This document shows positions 40,671 to 51,104 of a DNA stretch of 64,000 nucleotides, piece by piece (within the stretch, counting starts at the first letter, position 1; every line of letters begins with the position of its first letter). Under the pieces are notes generated by a model. It had not been told where the DNA came from, searched no databases, and worked only from the letters and a program-made list of their open reading frames with translations. The stretch lies in the NCBI GenBank assembly GCA_964492965.1, contig CAZBME010000015.1, positions 13,927 through 77,926 of the forward strand, given 5' to 3'. The position numbers and the translations under genes are program-made. Source of the DNA: an uncultured Syntrophaceae bacterium. GTDB lineage: Bacteria; Desulfobacterota; Syntrophia; Syntrophales; UBA8958.

Positions 40671-40804
40671 AAGATTTTTCTTGGCCGAAGCCTGAGAGAT
40701 TTTTTCAACACGAAATTAATATTATGGTGCTGAATATCCCGCTACTTTATGTTAATGAGATGCGAAATGCTATCGCTTCTTTCGGAAGCGATCAGGAGAG
40801 CCAT

Positions 40805-41146
40805 ATGGAAACAGACTCCCGCCCCTGGGGCCGATATGACGTTCTGGCGGATGAAAAAGATCACAAAGTCAAACGCATTGTCGTTCAACCGGGCAAACGC
40901 ATGAGCCTTCAGTGTCACCGCCATCGTGCCGAACACTGGTATGTGGTGACGGGGCAGGCCCTCGTAACGCTGGACAATGTGGAACTACCCTTGTCTTCCG
41001 GCCTGGCCGTGGACATTCCCTGCGGCGTTGCCCATCGCATCCTGAATACGGGATCAGGCGATCTCGTTTATATTGAGATTCAGACGGGCGATTATTTCGG
41101 GGAAGATGACATTGAGCGTCTTGCCGATGATTACGGGCGCACCTGA
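40805..41146 (+). CDS. Mannose-6-phosphate isomerase type II C-terminal cupin domain protein
   Basis: RPWG, SLQCHRHRAEHW, EIQTGDYFGEDDIERLADDYGR. Confidence 0.88.
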   Translation: METDSRPWGRYDVLADEKDHKVKRIVVQPGKRMSLQCHRHRAEHWYVVTGQALVTLDNVELPLSSGLAVDIPCGVAHRILNTGSGDLVYIEIQTGDYFGEDDIERLADDYGRT

Positions 41147-41201
41147 TCCTTGGCCCGGATAGAGGGCCAAGGGGTCTCAGAATAAGATTTCCGGTAATTG
41201 T

Positions 41202-41594
41202 CTATTTTGCGAGGGTCAGTGAAACCGTCTTGGAGCCAAAGATACTGCATGTTGCGGTGACTTCAATGACATCACCGGGAACGGCTTCAACCTTGTATGT
41301 GTAGGTAAATTCCTTCGGGTCCGGTTGACTTTCATACAGATAGGTTTCAACAATATTCCCGTTTTTCTTCACGATCACCTTCTTGAGATAATGCGATGTC
41401 CATGGGGTTTCATGGGTGATCTTGACCTGCAGATTCTGGGCCTGGTTATCATAGGTCAAAACAACATCTTTCGGGGCATGGGCCTGGCAGACGGCCGGGA
41501 AACCGAAAATCACCGTTGTGACCATCAGGGCGAAGCAGATGGTCAGGAGAAGGGGAAGCCTTGCTTTTAAATTCCTTACGGATGCTCTGGTCAT
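41202..41594 (-). CDS. Secreted protein with superoxide-reductase-like metal-ligand spacing
   Basis: Signal peptide ending AVCQA, then HAP...THET...SHY...ATCSIFG. Confidence 0.65.
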   Translation of the reverse strand: MTRASVRNLKARLPLLLTICFALMVTTVIFGFPAVCQAHAPKDVVLTYDNQAQNLQVKITHETPWTSHYLKKVIVKKNGNIVETYLYESQPDPKEFTYTYKVEAVPGDVIEVTATCSIFGSKTVSLTLAK

Positions 41595-41638
41595 TTGTGC
41601 TTACTCCTTTTACAATATTTTATTGATAGCCATGCTAT

Positions 41639-42472
41639 CTATAGAATAAATTCCATACTCTGGCTGAGGGCGACACATTCCAACGGGGCTTTCGCGCGGC
41701 GGATCAGGTCTTTGCTGGCCGACAACATGGCATCAACGCCCTTGTCCGATCTTTCCTGATTGTGATGATATAGCCCCAGTTTTTTCACGTCGCTTTCCAG
41801 CGCCAGCCGAACCGCGTCCTTGAAGGTGGAGTGTCCCCAGGTCTTTTTATAATCCTCTTCCATAAATTCCGAGTCATGAATCAGAAAATCCGCCCCCGCG
41901 CAGAATTTCCGGTAATCTTCAAACAAAAGCCCGCCAGGATGCTGATAGGACAGCTCATTATCCGTCAGGAAAACGAAGGTTTTCCCGTCCTCTTCGAACT
42001 TGTATCCCACGCCCTGATTGGGATGGCTCAATGCAATGGAAGTGACTTTCATGGATTTTACGGTAAATTCGTCGCCGCAGGTTTCATGATAAGCGATGTC
42101 ACAGTGGATTTCTTCGTAGTCAACAGGGAAATGGGGGGCCGACATGACCTTCGACAGCATCTCCTTGACGGTAGACTGGGCGAAAGGACAACCGAACATA
42201 TTGATCCTGACAGCTTGATGATAGATTGGCTTGAAGAAGGGAAATCCGATGAGATGGTCCCAATGGGCATGGGTGAAAAACATGGTGTAGTCATGGCGTC
42301 CTTCGGCAAGGAGAGCATTGCCCAGACGACGGATGCCCGTTCCGGCATCTATAATTATAATGTCATCATCTTTGGTTCTTATCTCGATGCATGGCGTTTC
42401 TCCCCCATACTTCAGATACTCTTTACCGGAAACCGGTATGGAACCTCTGGCGCCCCAGCAGCGGATGATCAT
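41639..42472 (-). CDS. MBL-fold metallo-hydrolase
   Basis: WGARGSIP, DAGTG, HAHWDH, TDNE, WGHS. Confidence 0.9.
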   Translation of the reverse strand: MIIRCWGARGSIPVSGKEYLKYGGETPCIEIRTKDDDIIIIDAGTGIRRLGNALLAEGRHDYTMFFTHAHWDHLIGFPFFKPIYHQAVRINMFGCPFAQSTVKEMLSKVMSAPHFPVDYEEIHCDIAYHETCGDEFTVKSMKVTSIALSHPNQGVGYKFEEDGKTFVFLTDNELSYQHPGGLLFEDYRKFCAGADFLIHDSEFMEEDYKKTWGHSTFKDAVRLALESDVKKLGLYHHNQERSDKGVDAMLSASKDLIRRAKAPLECVALSQSMEFIL

Positions 42473-42640
42473 GAATGATCCTTAAAGCAGGAATAGTTAA
42501 AGATAATTCGTGTTAAAATACTTATAGTATTTGGCATTGTCAAGCAATTAATTTATATTATCGGCATTGTAGATGTCGCTGAAGTATGCTAATTTGATAA
42601 GAAAATCATGTTTCAATAACCAGAGGGAGGAGATCCATGG

Positions 42641-42841
42641 GTGATGACAACTATTAAAATCAGCGGTATGTCATGCCAACACTGCGTGATGGCTGTGACC
42701 AAGGCGTTGCAGAAAATCGAGGGGGTCAAGAATGTCCAGGTCAACCTTGACAAAGGTGAGGCGTCCTTTGATGACAATCACCCTGCTGACGAAAATGCGG
42801 TCCGGGATGCCGTGAAAAAAGCAGGATTTCACGTTGAATGA
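42641..42841 (+). CDS. copZ: Copper chaperone (HMA domain)
   Basis: GMSCQHC; directly upstream of copA. Confidence 0.9.
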   Translation: MMTTIKISGMSCQHCVMAVTKALQKIEGVKNVQVNLDKGEASFDDNHPADENAVRDAVKKAGFHVE

Positions 42842-45089
42842 ACAGGAGATTCAGGTAACGACTATTTCCGTAGGCGGCATGACCTGCGCGGCCTGTGTGC
42901 GTCGCGTGGAGATGGCGCTCAAGGAAATGGACGGCGTAACCGATGCAGCCGTCAATCTGGCAACGGCGCGGGCCACGATCAGGCATCGACCGTCATGGGT
43001 CCGCCTTGAGCAGGTCCGCGAAGCCATAGTGGATCAGGGATACGATTATCTGGGCATCCCCGATGAGCTCCAGGAAGACCCTATTCTGGCAGCGCGCGTC
43101 AAAGAAGTCCATGACCTGAAAGTCCGGTTTTCCGTAGGGACCGTTTTAAGCGTCATCATCTTCGCCGGTTCCATGCAGCACTGGTTCCCCTTTCTCATGT
43201 CCGTTCCCCGGCGCCCCCTCCTCATTGTCCTTTTTGTCCTGACGGCGCCTGCCGTATTCTGGGTCGGCAGCCGGTTTTTTATCGGCGCCTGGAAAGCGGC
43301 ACGTCAATTGACGACGGACATGAACACCCTTGTTGCTGTCGGAGCCCTTTCTGCTTACCTCTACTCGGCTCTGGCAACCTTCTTCCCTGCCTTTTTTACC
43401 GCTGCCGGCATCATGCCGCATGTCTATTACGACGGGGCGGCCATGATCATCACCCTCATCATTTTGGGACGGCTGCTGGAGGCAAAAGCAAAGGGCAATA
43501 CATCCATGGCCATCAAACGGCTCATGGGGCTTCGTCCCAGGACCGCATGTGTGATCCGCAACGGTGAAGAAATGGATATCGCCGTTGAGGGGATTGTCAA
43601 GGGAGATATCATCCTGGTCCGACCCGGAGAAAAGATTCCCACGGACGGCGTGGTCCTCGCGGGGCGCTCGACGGTGGATGAATCCATGCTGACGGGCGAA
43701 AGCATCCCGCTTCTGAAAGAAGAAGGTCAGAATGTTTTCGGCGCCACGATGAACAAAACGGGGAGTTTTACCTTCAGGGCCACAAAAATCGGTGTGGAAA
43801 CGGCCCTGGCCCAGATCATTCACCTTGTGGAGACAGCCCAGGGATCGAAAGCCCCCATACAACGGCTGGCGGACCGGGTGGCCTCTATTTTTGTTCCCGT
43901 TGTATTCTTCATAGCGGTCATCACATTCCTGATATGGTTTTTTCTGGTTCCCGAAGCCGGTTTCAGCCGCGCCCTCTTGAATTTCGTATCCGTCCTCGTC
44001 ATTGCCTGCCCCTGCGCTCTTGGTCTGGCAACGCCGACGGCCGTCATGGTCGGAACGGGCCTGGGAGCGGAGAGCGGCATCCTTATCAAAGGGGGGGAAT
44101 GCCTGGAGAATGCCTATAAGCTGACGACCGTTGTGTTCGATAAAACGGGCACCCTGACCCGGGGAGCGCCGGTCGTGACGGATATCATACCCGTCGGGAA
44201 CATCGAAGAAGGGAAGCTTTTAAAGATTGCGGTTTCTCTGGAGGCATTGTCGGAGCATCCCCTGGCACAGGCGATTGTGCAGGCCGGGCGGGAGAAGCGG
44301 ATCAATGCCCTTCCCGTTGAAGGTTTTGACAGTTTTTCGGGCCTCGGAGCCAGAGGGGTTATTGAAGGCCGCCCCTGCATGTTAGGAAATCGTCGCCTGA
44401 TGGATCAGGAAGGCATTGACTTGGGGACATTGGGCAGCGAAGCGGACCGTCTTGCCGGAAATGGCAAATCCATGGTCTATGTGTCGGAGGCAGGCGAGAT
44501 GCTCGGCCTGATCGCTCTTTTGGATATTCCCAGGGATTCGGCAAAGGAAAGTGTTCTCGCCCTGCAGGCTATGGGGCTGAAAGTGGCCATGATGACGGGC
44601 GACAACGCCGATACGGGCCGCGCCATCGGCAACGCCCTCGGTATCGATATGGTCTTATCGGAGGTATTGCCGGGTGATAAGGCAAAGGAAATCAAGAAAA
44701 TGCAATCCGATTGCGAAGTGGTCGCCATGGTGGGAGACGGCATCAACGATGCCCCGGCCCTTGCCGCAGCCGATATCGGCATTGCCGTCGGCGCCGGAAC
44801 GGATGTGGCCATGGAGGCCAGCGATATGACCCTAATGACGGAGAACCTGATGGCTGTCCCAATGGCGATCCGCCTCTCCCTGGAAACCATGAAGGTGATC
44901 CGGCAGAATCTTTTTTGGGCCTTTATCTATAATGTGATCGGTATCCCCATTGCCGCAGGCGTTTTATACCCCTTTGGCGGCATCCTCCTGAATCCCGAGT
45001 TTGCCGCTGCCGCCATGGCCCTGAGTTCCGTTTCCGTCATTACCAATTCCCTTAGATTGCGCCGGGTATGGGCGAGGGTTCGTCGTTAG
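42834..45089 (+). CDS. copA: Cu(I)-exporting P1B-type ATPase
   Basis: [40 protein letters not shown] and MALSS. Confidence 0.95.
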   Translation: MNEQEIQVTTISVGGMTCAACVRRVEMALKEMDGVTDAAVNLATARATIRHRPSWVRLEQVREAIVDQGYDYLGIPDELQEDPILAARVKEVHDLKVRFSVGTVLSVIIFAGSMQHWFPFLMSVPRRPLLIVLFVLTAPAVFWVGSRFFIGAWKAARQLTTDMNTLVAVGALSAYLYSALATFFPAFFTAAGIMPHVYYDGAAMIITLIILGRLLEAKAKGNTSMAIKRLMGLRPRTACVIRNGEEMDIAVEGIVKGDIILVRPGEKIPTDGVVLAGRSTVDESMLTGESIPLLKEEGQNVFGATMNKTGSFTFRATKIGVETALAQIIHLVETAQGSKAPIQRLADRVASIFVPVVFFIAVITFLIWFFLVPEAGFSRALLNFVSVLVIACPCALGLATPTAVMVGTGLGAESGILIKGGECLENAYKLTTVVFDKTGTLTRGAPVVTDIIPVGNIEEGKLLKIAVSLEALSEHPLAQAIVQAGREKRINALPVEGFDSFSGLGARGVIEGRPCMLGNRRLMDQEGIDLGTLGSEADRLAGNGKSMVYVSEAGEMLGLIALLDIPRDSAKESVLALQAMGLKVAMMTGDNADTGRAIGNALGIDMVLSEVLPGDKAKEIKKMQSDCEVVAMVGDGINDAPALAAADIGIAVGAGTDVAMEASDMTLMTENLMAVPMAIRLSLETMKVIRQNLFWAFIYNVIGIPIAAGVLYPFGGILLNPEFAAAAMALSSVSVITNSLRLRRVWARVRR

Positions 45090-45092
45090 GAA

Positions 45093-45788
45093 TTACGCCA
45101 GCTTTTCAAACTGTGATTTATCGGCACCGCAGATAGGGCATGTCCAGTCCGCCGGTAAGTCTTCAAAGGCCGTGCCGGGCTTGATGCCGCGTTCCGGATC
45201 TCCAACGGATGGATCATACGTATAGCCGCAGATGTTGCAGGTGTATTTCGCCCCTACGGCTGCCTTGGGCTGCGCTTCTTCCTTGGGTGTAAACGTCGGG
45301 GCGTTCTTCGACGATTTGCCCTTCATAACATTGCTGTAATAGTCATAGGTCAGCGCCGGGCCGTCTCCCAGATTGTCATAGTCGGTGAGTTCGCCGATGA
45401 AGATGACATGGGTGCCGCAGTCCAACTCCTGCAATACTTTGGCTTCCATCCAGGCCACACAGTGATCGGTGACGATGGGAGCGCCTGTCGTGCCCGTCTT
45501 GTAGCTGCCCACCTGGGCAAATTTATCGACATCCCGGCCCGATTTGAATCCGAACAGCCCGATAAACGCCATGGGGGCATTGATGGCCAGAAGCGACACG
45601 GAAAAGACCTTGCTGGCCTGGATGTATTCATAGGTCAGGTTTTCCTTGTTGATGCTGATGGCAATTGTCAGGGGTTTGGCCGTTACCCGGAAGAGGCTGT
45701 TGATGATCTGGCCGTTGCATTTCCCGTCTTTTACCGAACTGGTGATATAGACACCGGATGTGATTTTGCCGAGAGCGGATCGGTCCAT
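45093..45788 (-). CDS. High-molecular-weight rubredoxin (flavin reductase-rubredoxin fusion)
   Basis: [21 protein letters not shown]; C-terminal [10 protein letters not shown]...WTCPICGA; ATG 45788 after AGGAGG. Confidence 0.9.
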   Translation of the reverse strand: MDRSALGKITSGVYITSSVKDGKCNGQIINSLFRVTAKPLTIAISINKENLTYEYIQASKVFSVSLLAINAPMAFIGLFGFKSGRDVDKFAQVGSYKTGTTGAPIVTDHCVAWMEAKVLQELDCGTHVIFIGELTDYDNLGDGPALTYDYYSNVMKGKSSKNAPTFTPKEEAQPKAAVGAKYTCNICGYTYDPSVGDPERGIKPGTAFEDLPADWTCPICGADKSQFEKLA

Positions 45789-45931
45789 GGAAGGTCCTCC
45801 TGCGATTTTTTCCTGTTTTATAAACCAAATCCGTCGAAACAACCACCAAAATATGATAGCTAATAGTGCTTTACCTTGGAGCGTAAGCTTGGTAAAGGAT
45901 GCATGAAAATTTTATTCAGGAGGTAAACCCT

Positions 45932-46759
45932 ATGGACTGGGGAATGAAAAATCGCATGTCCCAACTGATTCAACCCGATGGCCGTTGTTTTTTTCTGCCT
46001 ATTGATCATGGCTATTTTCAGGGGCCCACATCATGCCTGGAAAAACCCGGGGATACCATCAAGCCGCTGCTACCCTATTGTGACGCCCTGTTCGTGACCA
46101 GGGGCGTGCTTCGGGCCGCTGTGCCCGCCGAGAACAGCAAACCCGTCATTCTCAGGATTTCAGGAGGATCTACCGTCATCGGCGCTGACCTGGCCAACGA
46201 ATCCATTACGACCTCCATCGAGGAAGTCATCCGCCTCAATGCCACGGCTGTTGGTCTGTCCATCTTCGTAGGCACCGACTATGAGCGGGAATCGCTGATG
46301 AATCTCGCCGAGACGGTCAACATGTGCGAGGATTACGGCATTCCCGTTATGGCCGTCACGGCTGTCGGCAAGGAACTGGAGAAGCGGGACGCACGCTATC
46401 TGGCTCTGTGCTGCCGTGTTGCCGCCGAGCTGGGAGCGCGGGTGGTCAAGACTTACTGGTGTAAGAACTTCGACAAGGTGGTCTATGGCTGCCCCGTTCC
46501 GGTCGTCATGGCTGGCGGGCCCAAGTGCGAAACGGAGCTGGAGGTTTTTGATTTCGTCTATGACGGTATCCAGAACGGAGCCGTGGGGCTTAACCTGGGA
46601 AGAAATGTCTGGCAGAATCCTTACCCGCAGGCGATGATGAAGGCCCTTCATGCCGTGATCCACGAGAATCTTAAACCGAAAGAAGCCTTTCAGCTGTTCA
46701 ATGAGCTCAAGGGCAAGGGTGGAAAGGCTGTGAACGGCGTTAAAGGGAAGAAAAAATAA
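45932..46759 (+). CDS. lsrF: LsrF-like class I aldolase/thiolase
   Basis: MDWGMKNR, DHGYFQGP, RVAAELGA, VKTY, AGGPK, GRNVWQ. Confidence 0.85.
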   Translation: MDWGMKNRMSQLIQPDGRCFFLPIDHGYFQGPTSCLEKPGDTIKPLLPYCDALFVTRGVLRAAVPAENSKPVILRISGGSTVIGADLANESITTSIEEVIRLNATAVGLSIFVGTDYERESLMNLAETVNMCEDYGIPVMAVTAVGKELEKRDARYLALCCRVAAELGARVVKTYWCKNFDKVVYGCPVPVVMAGGPKCETELEVFDFVYDGIQNGAVGLNLGRNVWQNPYPQAMMKALHAVIHENLKPKEAFQLFNELKGKGGKAVNGVKGKKK

Positions 46760-46775
46760 AGGAAAGGTTACGGCC

Positions 46776-47801
46776 ATGCGTGTCGCCACCTATTATCGCA
46801 ACAACGACATCCGCCTTGAAGAGCGGCCCGCGCCCCCGATCGGTCCCGGCGAGATTCTCGTGAAGGTCATCGCCAGTGGGGTCTGCGGCAGCGATGTCAT
46901 GGAGTGGTATCGCATCAAGAAGGCGCCCATTGTTTTGGGCCACGAAATTGCCGGAGAGATAGCCGCCGTCGGCGAAGGCGTTGCCGCTTACCGACCCGGC
47001 GACCGCGTCTTCGTTTCCCACCATATCCCGTGCAATACCTGTAGCTATTGTCTACAGGGCTATCATACGGCCTGTGAAACGCTGCATACGACGAACTACG
47101 ATCCCGGGGGATTTGCGGAATATATCCGCATCCCCCGGCTCAACGTCGATCGGGGCGTCTTTCTTCTGCCTCCGGAAGTTTCCTTTGACGGCGGCGTGTT
47201 TGTGGAGCCCCTGGCCTGCGTCGTCCGGGGTCAGCGGGTCGCCGGTTTGAAACCGGGACAGTCGGTTCTGGTACTCGGGAGCGGCATATCGGGCATGCTC
47301 CATATCATGATGGCCCGCGCTTTGGGCGCCGGGCGAATTATGGCAACGGATATCAACCCTTTCCGGCTGGATATGGCCCATCGCCTCGGTGCGGATGCCG
47401 TCATGGATGCCCGGGGGGATGTCCCGTCCTGGGTCCGGCAGGTCAACGACAACCGTTTGGCCGATCTCGTCGTGGTCTGCGCCGGGCCCATTTCGGCCTT
47501 CAATCAGGCCCTCAAGTCTGTCGAACGCGGCGGGACGGTTCTTTGCTTTGCCACAACGGAACCGGGCGTCGAGTTATCCGTCCCCCTGAATGAATTCTGG
47601 CGCAATGAGATCAAGCTGATGCCCTCCTATGGGAACAGCCCCTATGATGCCAGGGTCGCCATCGACCTGATCCGTTTCGGGCGTGTGCCCGTAGAGGCGA
47701 TGATTACCCATCGCCTGCCCCTGGCGGAGGCCCGGCAGGGCTTCCAACTGGTGGCACAGGGCGGCGATTCGATGAAGGTCGTCATTTATCCCCAGCAATA
47801 G
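46776..47801 (+). CDS. Zinc-dependent medium-chain (polyol/threonine-type) dehydrogenase
   Basis: CGSD, GHE, CNTCSYC...C, EPLAC, GSGISG. Confidence 0.9.
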   Translation: MRVATYYRNNDIRLEERPAPPIGPGEILVKVIASGVCGSDVMEWYRIKKAPIVLGHEIAGEIAAVGEGVAAYRPGDRVFVSHHIPCNTCSYCLQGYHTACETLHTTNYDPGGFAEYIRIPRLNVDRGVFLLPPEVSFDGGVFVEPLACVVRGQRVAGLKPGQSVLVLGSGISGMLHIMMARALGAGRIMATDINPFRLDMAHRLGADAVMDARGDVPSWVRQVNDNRLADLVVVCAGPISAFNQALKSVERGGTVLCFATTEPGVELSVPLNEFWRNEIKLMPSYGNSPYDARVAIDLIRFGRVPVEAMITHRLPLAEARQGFQLVAQGGDSMKVVIYPQQ

Positions 47802-47814
47802 GGGATTCCCATAA

Positions 47815-48099
47815 ATGAAATTCATTGAACATTCGCGAAACCTGGTCAGACGCTTCCTGCAGGAAATTGAATTCTATAAACGGGTGCTCGGACATCCACA
47901 AACGCCGCGTACCTCAAAATTCCTGCTCGGCGCCGCAGTTGCCTATGCTTTATCCCCGATCGATCTGATCCCGGATTTTATCCCGGTGATCGGGCATCTC
48001 GATGACTTGATCATCGTGCCTTTGTTGATCTGGATTGCCGTTAGATTGATTCCGGAAAATGTCATGATGGCGTGCAGGCAGACAAGAGGGGACGTCTGA
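47815..48099 (+). CDS. YkvA/DUF1232 family membrane protein
   Basis: YALSPIDLIPDFIPVIGHLDD. Confidence 0.9.
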   Translation: MKFIEHSRNLVRRFLQEIEFYKRVLGHPQTPRTSKFLLGAAVAYALSPIDLIPDFIPVIGHLDDLIIVPLLIWIAVRLIPENVMMACRQTRGDV

Positions 48100-48165
48100 T
48101 CGCGACCGTCGCACTTTTCGGCCCCCCGGAACAGACAGCATCACCAATACGTTTTTTTGCAATTG

Positions 48166-48621
48166 CTAATAGATCCCCATCAGGCAGCCGCCGGCAATGG
48201 TACCGCCCAATTCACGGCACTGCTCCAGGATTTCTTCCGAAATGGCTCCCTTCGCGATGACGGGTGCGTAAACGTTTTTAAATTTGTAACCCAGGGCGAT
48301 CCGTTCGATGGCCCGGAGCGCCCCGGTACCGTCGTTTCCGGCGCTGATGAAAACGACGTAGGGTTTTCGAAAAACCTTATCCTGGGCGGCATAAAAGGTC
48401 CGGTCAAAGAAATCCTTGACCATCCCGGACATGTACCCGAAGTTTTCCGGCGTACCCACAGCAAGACCGTCGGCGGCCAGAAGATCTTCCAGCGTGGCCT
48501 CGCCGGCCATCTTCATGATGACCGCGGCCCCTTCGATGCTCTTGGCCCCTTCGGCGACGGCTTGGGCCATCTGTGCCGTATGACCTGTTTGGGAATGATA
48601 AAGGATCAGGATCTTAACCAT
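48166..48621 (-). CDS. Flavodoxin-like (WrbA-type) protein
   Basis: YHSQTGHT, GTPENFGYMSG, SAGNDGTG. Confidence 0.88.
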   Translation of the reverse strand: MVKILILYHSQTGHTAQMAQAVAEGAKSIEGAAVIMKMAGEATLEDLLAADGLAVGTPENFGYMSGMVKDFFDRTFYAAQDKVFRKPYVVFISAGNDGTGALRAIERIALGYKFKNVYAPVIAKGAISEEILEQCRELGGTIAGGCLMGIY

Positions 48622-48717
48622 GCTGCCCGGCCACCTTTTTGATTGTGTATTATCTCCATATTCTTTACAATAAAGAGAAATCAGCAGTCAATGGCATTAT
48701 AAAAGGAGGGGAATGCC

Positions 48718-49179
48718 GTGACCGAATCCTGGAGGAAAAGACTTCTCGCGGGCAGCTTCCTGCTGCAGCTTTTCTTTATGGCCGTACCGGAGGCCAGAAG
48801 CGAGAAATGGCAGTTTATCGGGTTTACCAAATATCGGGACCCTCTTTATGTGGATCTGGATCGCACGGCCCCAAAAGGGGATATCCTCAGTGCCTGGATG
48901 CGCATCACCCTGGCGGAGCACAGCCTGTTTCGAGGACAGGTGACACAGGACCTCCAACGGGTAGGCAAATCCGCCCAGTTGGTCAAGTATCTGGAGATGA
49001 ATAAGGAAATCGACTGCCGGAACAGCCGGATCCGTCATGGAAAGCTGACTTATTATGATTATCAGGACCGCATTCTGGCTTCAACGGGCAACCCCAAGGC
49101 GCTCTGGAAACCGATTGTGGCCGGCAGCCTGTGGCCCGGTCTGCAAAAAGCCGTCTGCACCCAGAAAAAAACTAAATGA
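48718..49179 (+). CDS. Exported protein, surface-adhesin E-like
   Basis: Signal peptide, YVD, EIDC, YDYQDRIL, WKPIVAGS...VC pattern. Confidence 0.6.
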   Translation: MTESWRKRLLAGSFLLQLFFMAVPEARSEKWQFIGFTKYRDPLYVDLDRTAPKGDILSAWMRITLAEHSLFRGQVTQDLQRVGKSAQLVKYLEMNKEIDCRNSRIRHGKLTYYDYQDRILASTGNPKALWKPIVAGSLWPGLQKAVCTQKKTK

Positions 49180-50174
49180 ATTTACCGGGCGCAAGAAATG
49201 TGAAGCGGGCATTTGCTTATTTTTGCATAAGTTTTCTTGTTTATCTTTCAATAAGCCTGATCCTGACATTTTGGCCCATACCCTTAAAGCAAAGCGGCGA
49301 CCCCAAAACCCTGGACTTTCGGAATTTACCGATCATGACGTCAATCGATCGTGGATCGTCGGATTATTATACAGCCCGGGACGGCAAGAGTCTCTTCTAT
49401 CGCTTTTATAAAAGCACGTCCCATAACCTGCTCATATTGCTTCACGGGTCAAGCGGAGAGGGCCGGTATTTTATCAAAATGGCCTCCGCCATCGCTGATT
49501 CAGGGGTCGCTCAGGTCGCCGTTCTTGATTTGAGAGGCCATGGATATTCCGCCTACAGACGGGGAGATATTGAATATATCGGCCAGTATGAGGACGATAT
49601 CCAAGACTTCATCGGGCAGTACAAGAAAAAATATGGCGACGCAAAGATCATCCTGGGCGGACATTCATCCGGCGGGGGGTTAGCAGTCCGTTATGGCGGC
49701 AATAAAAATCTGCCGAAGGTTAATGGCTTTTTACTTTTTGCCCCTTATCTGGCTTATGACGCCCCGACGACAAGACCCCATTCCGGCGGTTGGGTAACGC
49801 CGAATATCAAACGCATTATCGGTCTGACCTTGCTGAATAATTTCGGCATTCACTATTTCAATCACTTACCGGTACTTCATTTCAATCGGCCTGCCGGTGA
49901 CCGGGATGCCCTCAAAACCATGGACTATTCCTATCGCTTGAATGTGTCCTATGCGCCACGCCATTACAAGAAGGACCTGGAAAATATCGCCGTGCCGATT
50001 TATGTCATGGTCGGCAGGAATGACGATGCCCTGTATGCCGATCACTTTGAAGGCATCTTCAAGTCTCATACGAAAAATAGCCGTGTCGAAATCATCCCCG
50101 GGACTGACCATATGGGCCTGGTCGGAAACGATCAGGTGATAAAATCATCCATCGACTGGTTGAAAAGCCGATAA
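49176..50174 (+). CDS. Membrane-anchored alpha/beta hydrolase
   Basis: HGSS, DLRGHG, GHSSGG nucleophile elbow, DD and DHM. Confidence 0.88.
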   Translation: MNLPGARNVKRAFAYFCISFLVYLSISLILTFWPIPLKQSGDPKTLDFRNLPIMTSIDRGSSDYYTARDGKSLFYRFYKSTSHNLLILLHGSSGEGRYFIKMASAIADSGVAQVAVLDLRGHGYSAYRRGDIEYIGQYEDDIQDFIGQYKKKYGDAKIILGGHSSGGGLAVRYGGNKNLPKVNGFLLFAPYLAYDAPTTRPHSGGWVTPNIKRIIGLTLLNNFGIHYFNHLPVLHFNRPAGDRDALKTMDYSYRLNVSYAPRHYKKDLENIAVPIYVMVGRNDDALYADHFEGIFKSHTKNSRVEIIPGTDHMGLVGNDQVIKSSIDWLKSR

Positions 50175-50185
50175 AAAGGATCAGT

Positions 50186-51094
50186 TTATTTCAGAATATC
50201 CGCCAGGGCCTCCTGAATGTGAGGATATTGAAATTCAAAACCTGAGGCGAGCAGTTTCGCCGGGATCACTCGCTGGCCTTTGAGGAGAACATCTCCGAAT
50301 TCTCCCAGGATTATTTTCATCAGAAAGGCGGGAACGGCGGGGAGAAAAGTCGGGACGCGCAATGCGTCCCCCAGGGCCTTTGTCAGCTCCAGGTTCCGGA
50401 CAGGAAAGGGGGCCGTACAATTAACGGGGCCTTCCATGTTGGCCGTATCCAGAAGGAAAAGGAATATCCTCGCCAGATCACCTTCATGAATCCAGGAAAA
50501 CCATTGTTCCCCGCTGCCCAGGGGAGAGCCAAGCCGGGCCTTGAAGAGGGGCATCATCTGCGCCAGGGCGCCGCCATGGCGCCCGAGGACGATGCCGAAG
50601 CGGCAGGCGACCACGCGGGCGCCGAATCTTTGGGCCGCAAAGGCCTCTGTTTCCCAGTCGTCGGCCAGTTTGGCCAGAAAATCATTCCCCGGAGGATCCG
50701 TTTCTTTGAGCATTTCATCATGATGGAATCCGTAATAGCCGACGGCCGATGTGCTGAGCAAGGTCATGGATTTGCCCCCGGCGGATTCGATGGCCTCGAC
50801 GAGATGGCGGGTCGTTAAAATACGGCTTTCCAGAAGAAGCTTTTTGGTCTGTGCCGTCCAGCGGCTGAAGATGGAAGCCCCTGCCAGATTGATGATGACA
50901 TCATGTCCGGCCGCTCTTGCCTGCCAGGGGCCGCGGACCGTGGGATCTCCCATGAGCACCGACGCTTTGGCCCGGATGCTTCCCGCTGCTTCCGCCGGCC
51001 TTTTCAACAGGGTGACTTCGTGACCTTGATCTGCCAGGATTCTTGTCAGGGTTGTGCCGACAAAACCGGTGCCGCCGGTTATGAAAATTTTCAT
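50186..51094 (-). CDS. TIGR01777 family NAD-dependent epimerase (YfcH-like)
   Basis: TGGTGFVG, INLAGA, SAVGYYG, GSGEQWFSWIH. Confidence 0.9.
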   Translation of the reverse strand: MKIFITGGTGFVGTTLTRILADQGHEVTLLKRPAEAAGSIRAKASVLMGDPTVRGPWQARAAGHDVIINLAGASIFSRWTAQTKKLLLESRILTTRHLVEAIESAGGKSMTLLSTSAVGYYGFHHDEMLKETDPPGNDFLAKLADDWETEAFAAQRFGARVVACRFGIVLGRHGGALAQMMPLFKARLGSPLGSGEQWFSWIHEGDLARIFLFLLDTANMEGPVNCTAPFPVRNLELTKALGDALRVPTFLPAVPAFLMKIILGEFGDVLLKGQRVIPAKLLASGFEFQYPHIQEALADILK

Positions 51095-51104
51095 AGGACT
51101 CTCC

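Noticed and set aside
42811-42841. AAAAAAG slippery run near the copZ/copA overlap suggesting a frameshifted CopZ-CopA fusion
   Set aside because: A fusion would need a +1 shift, the run simply encodes the common KKAG end of CopZ, and copA has its own AGGA RBS and TTG start
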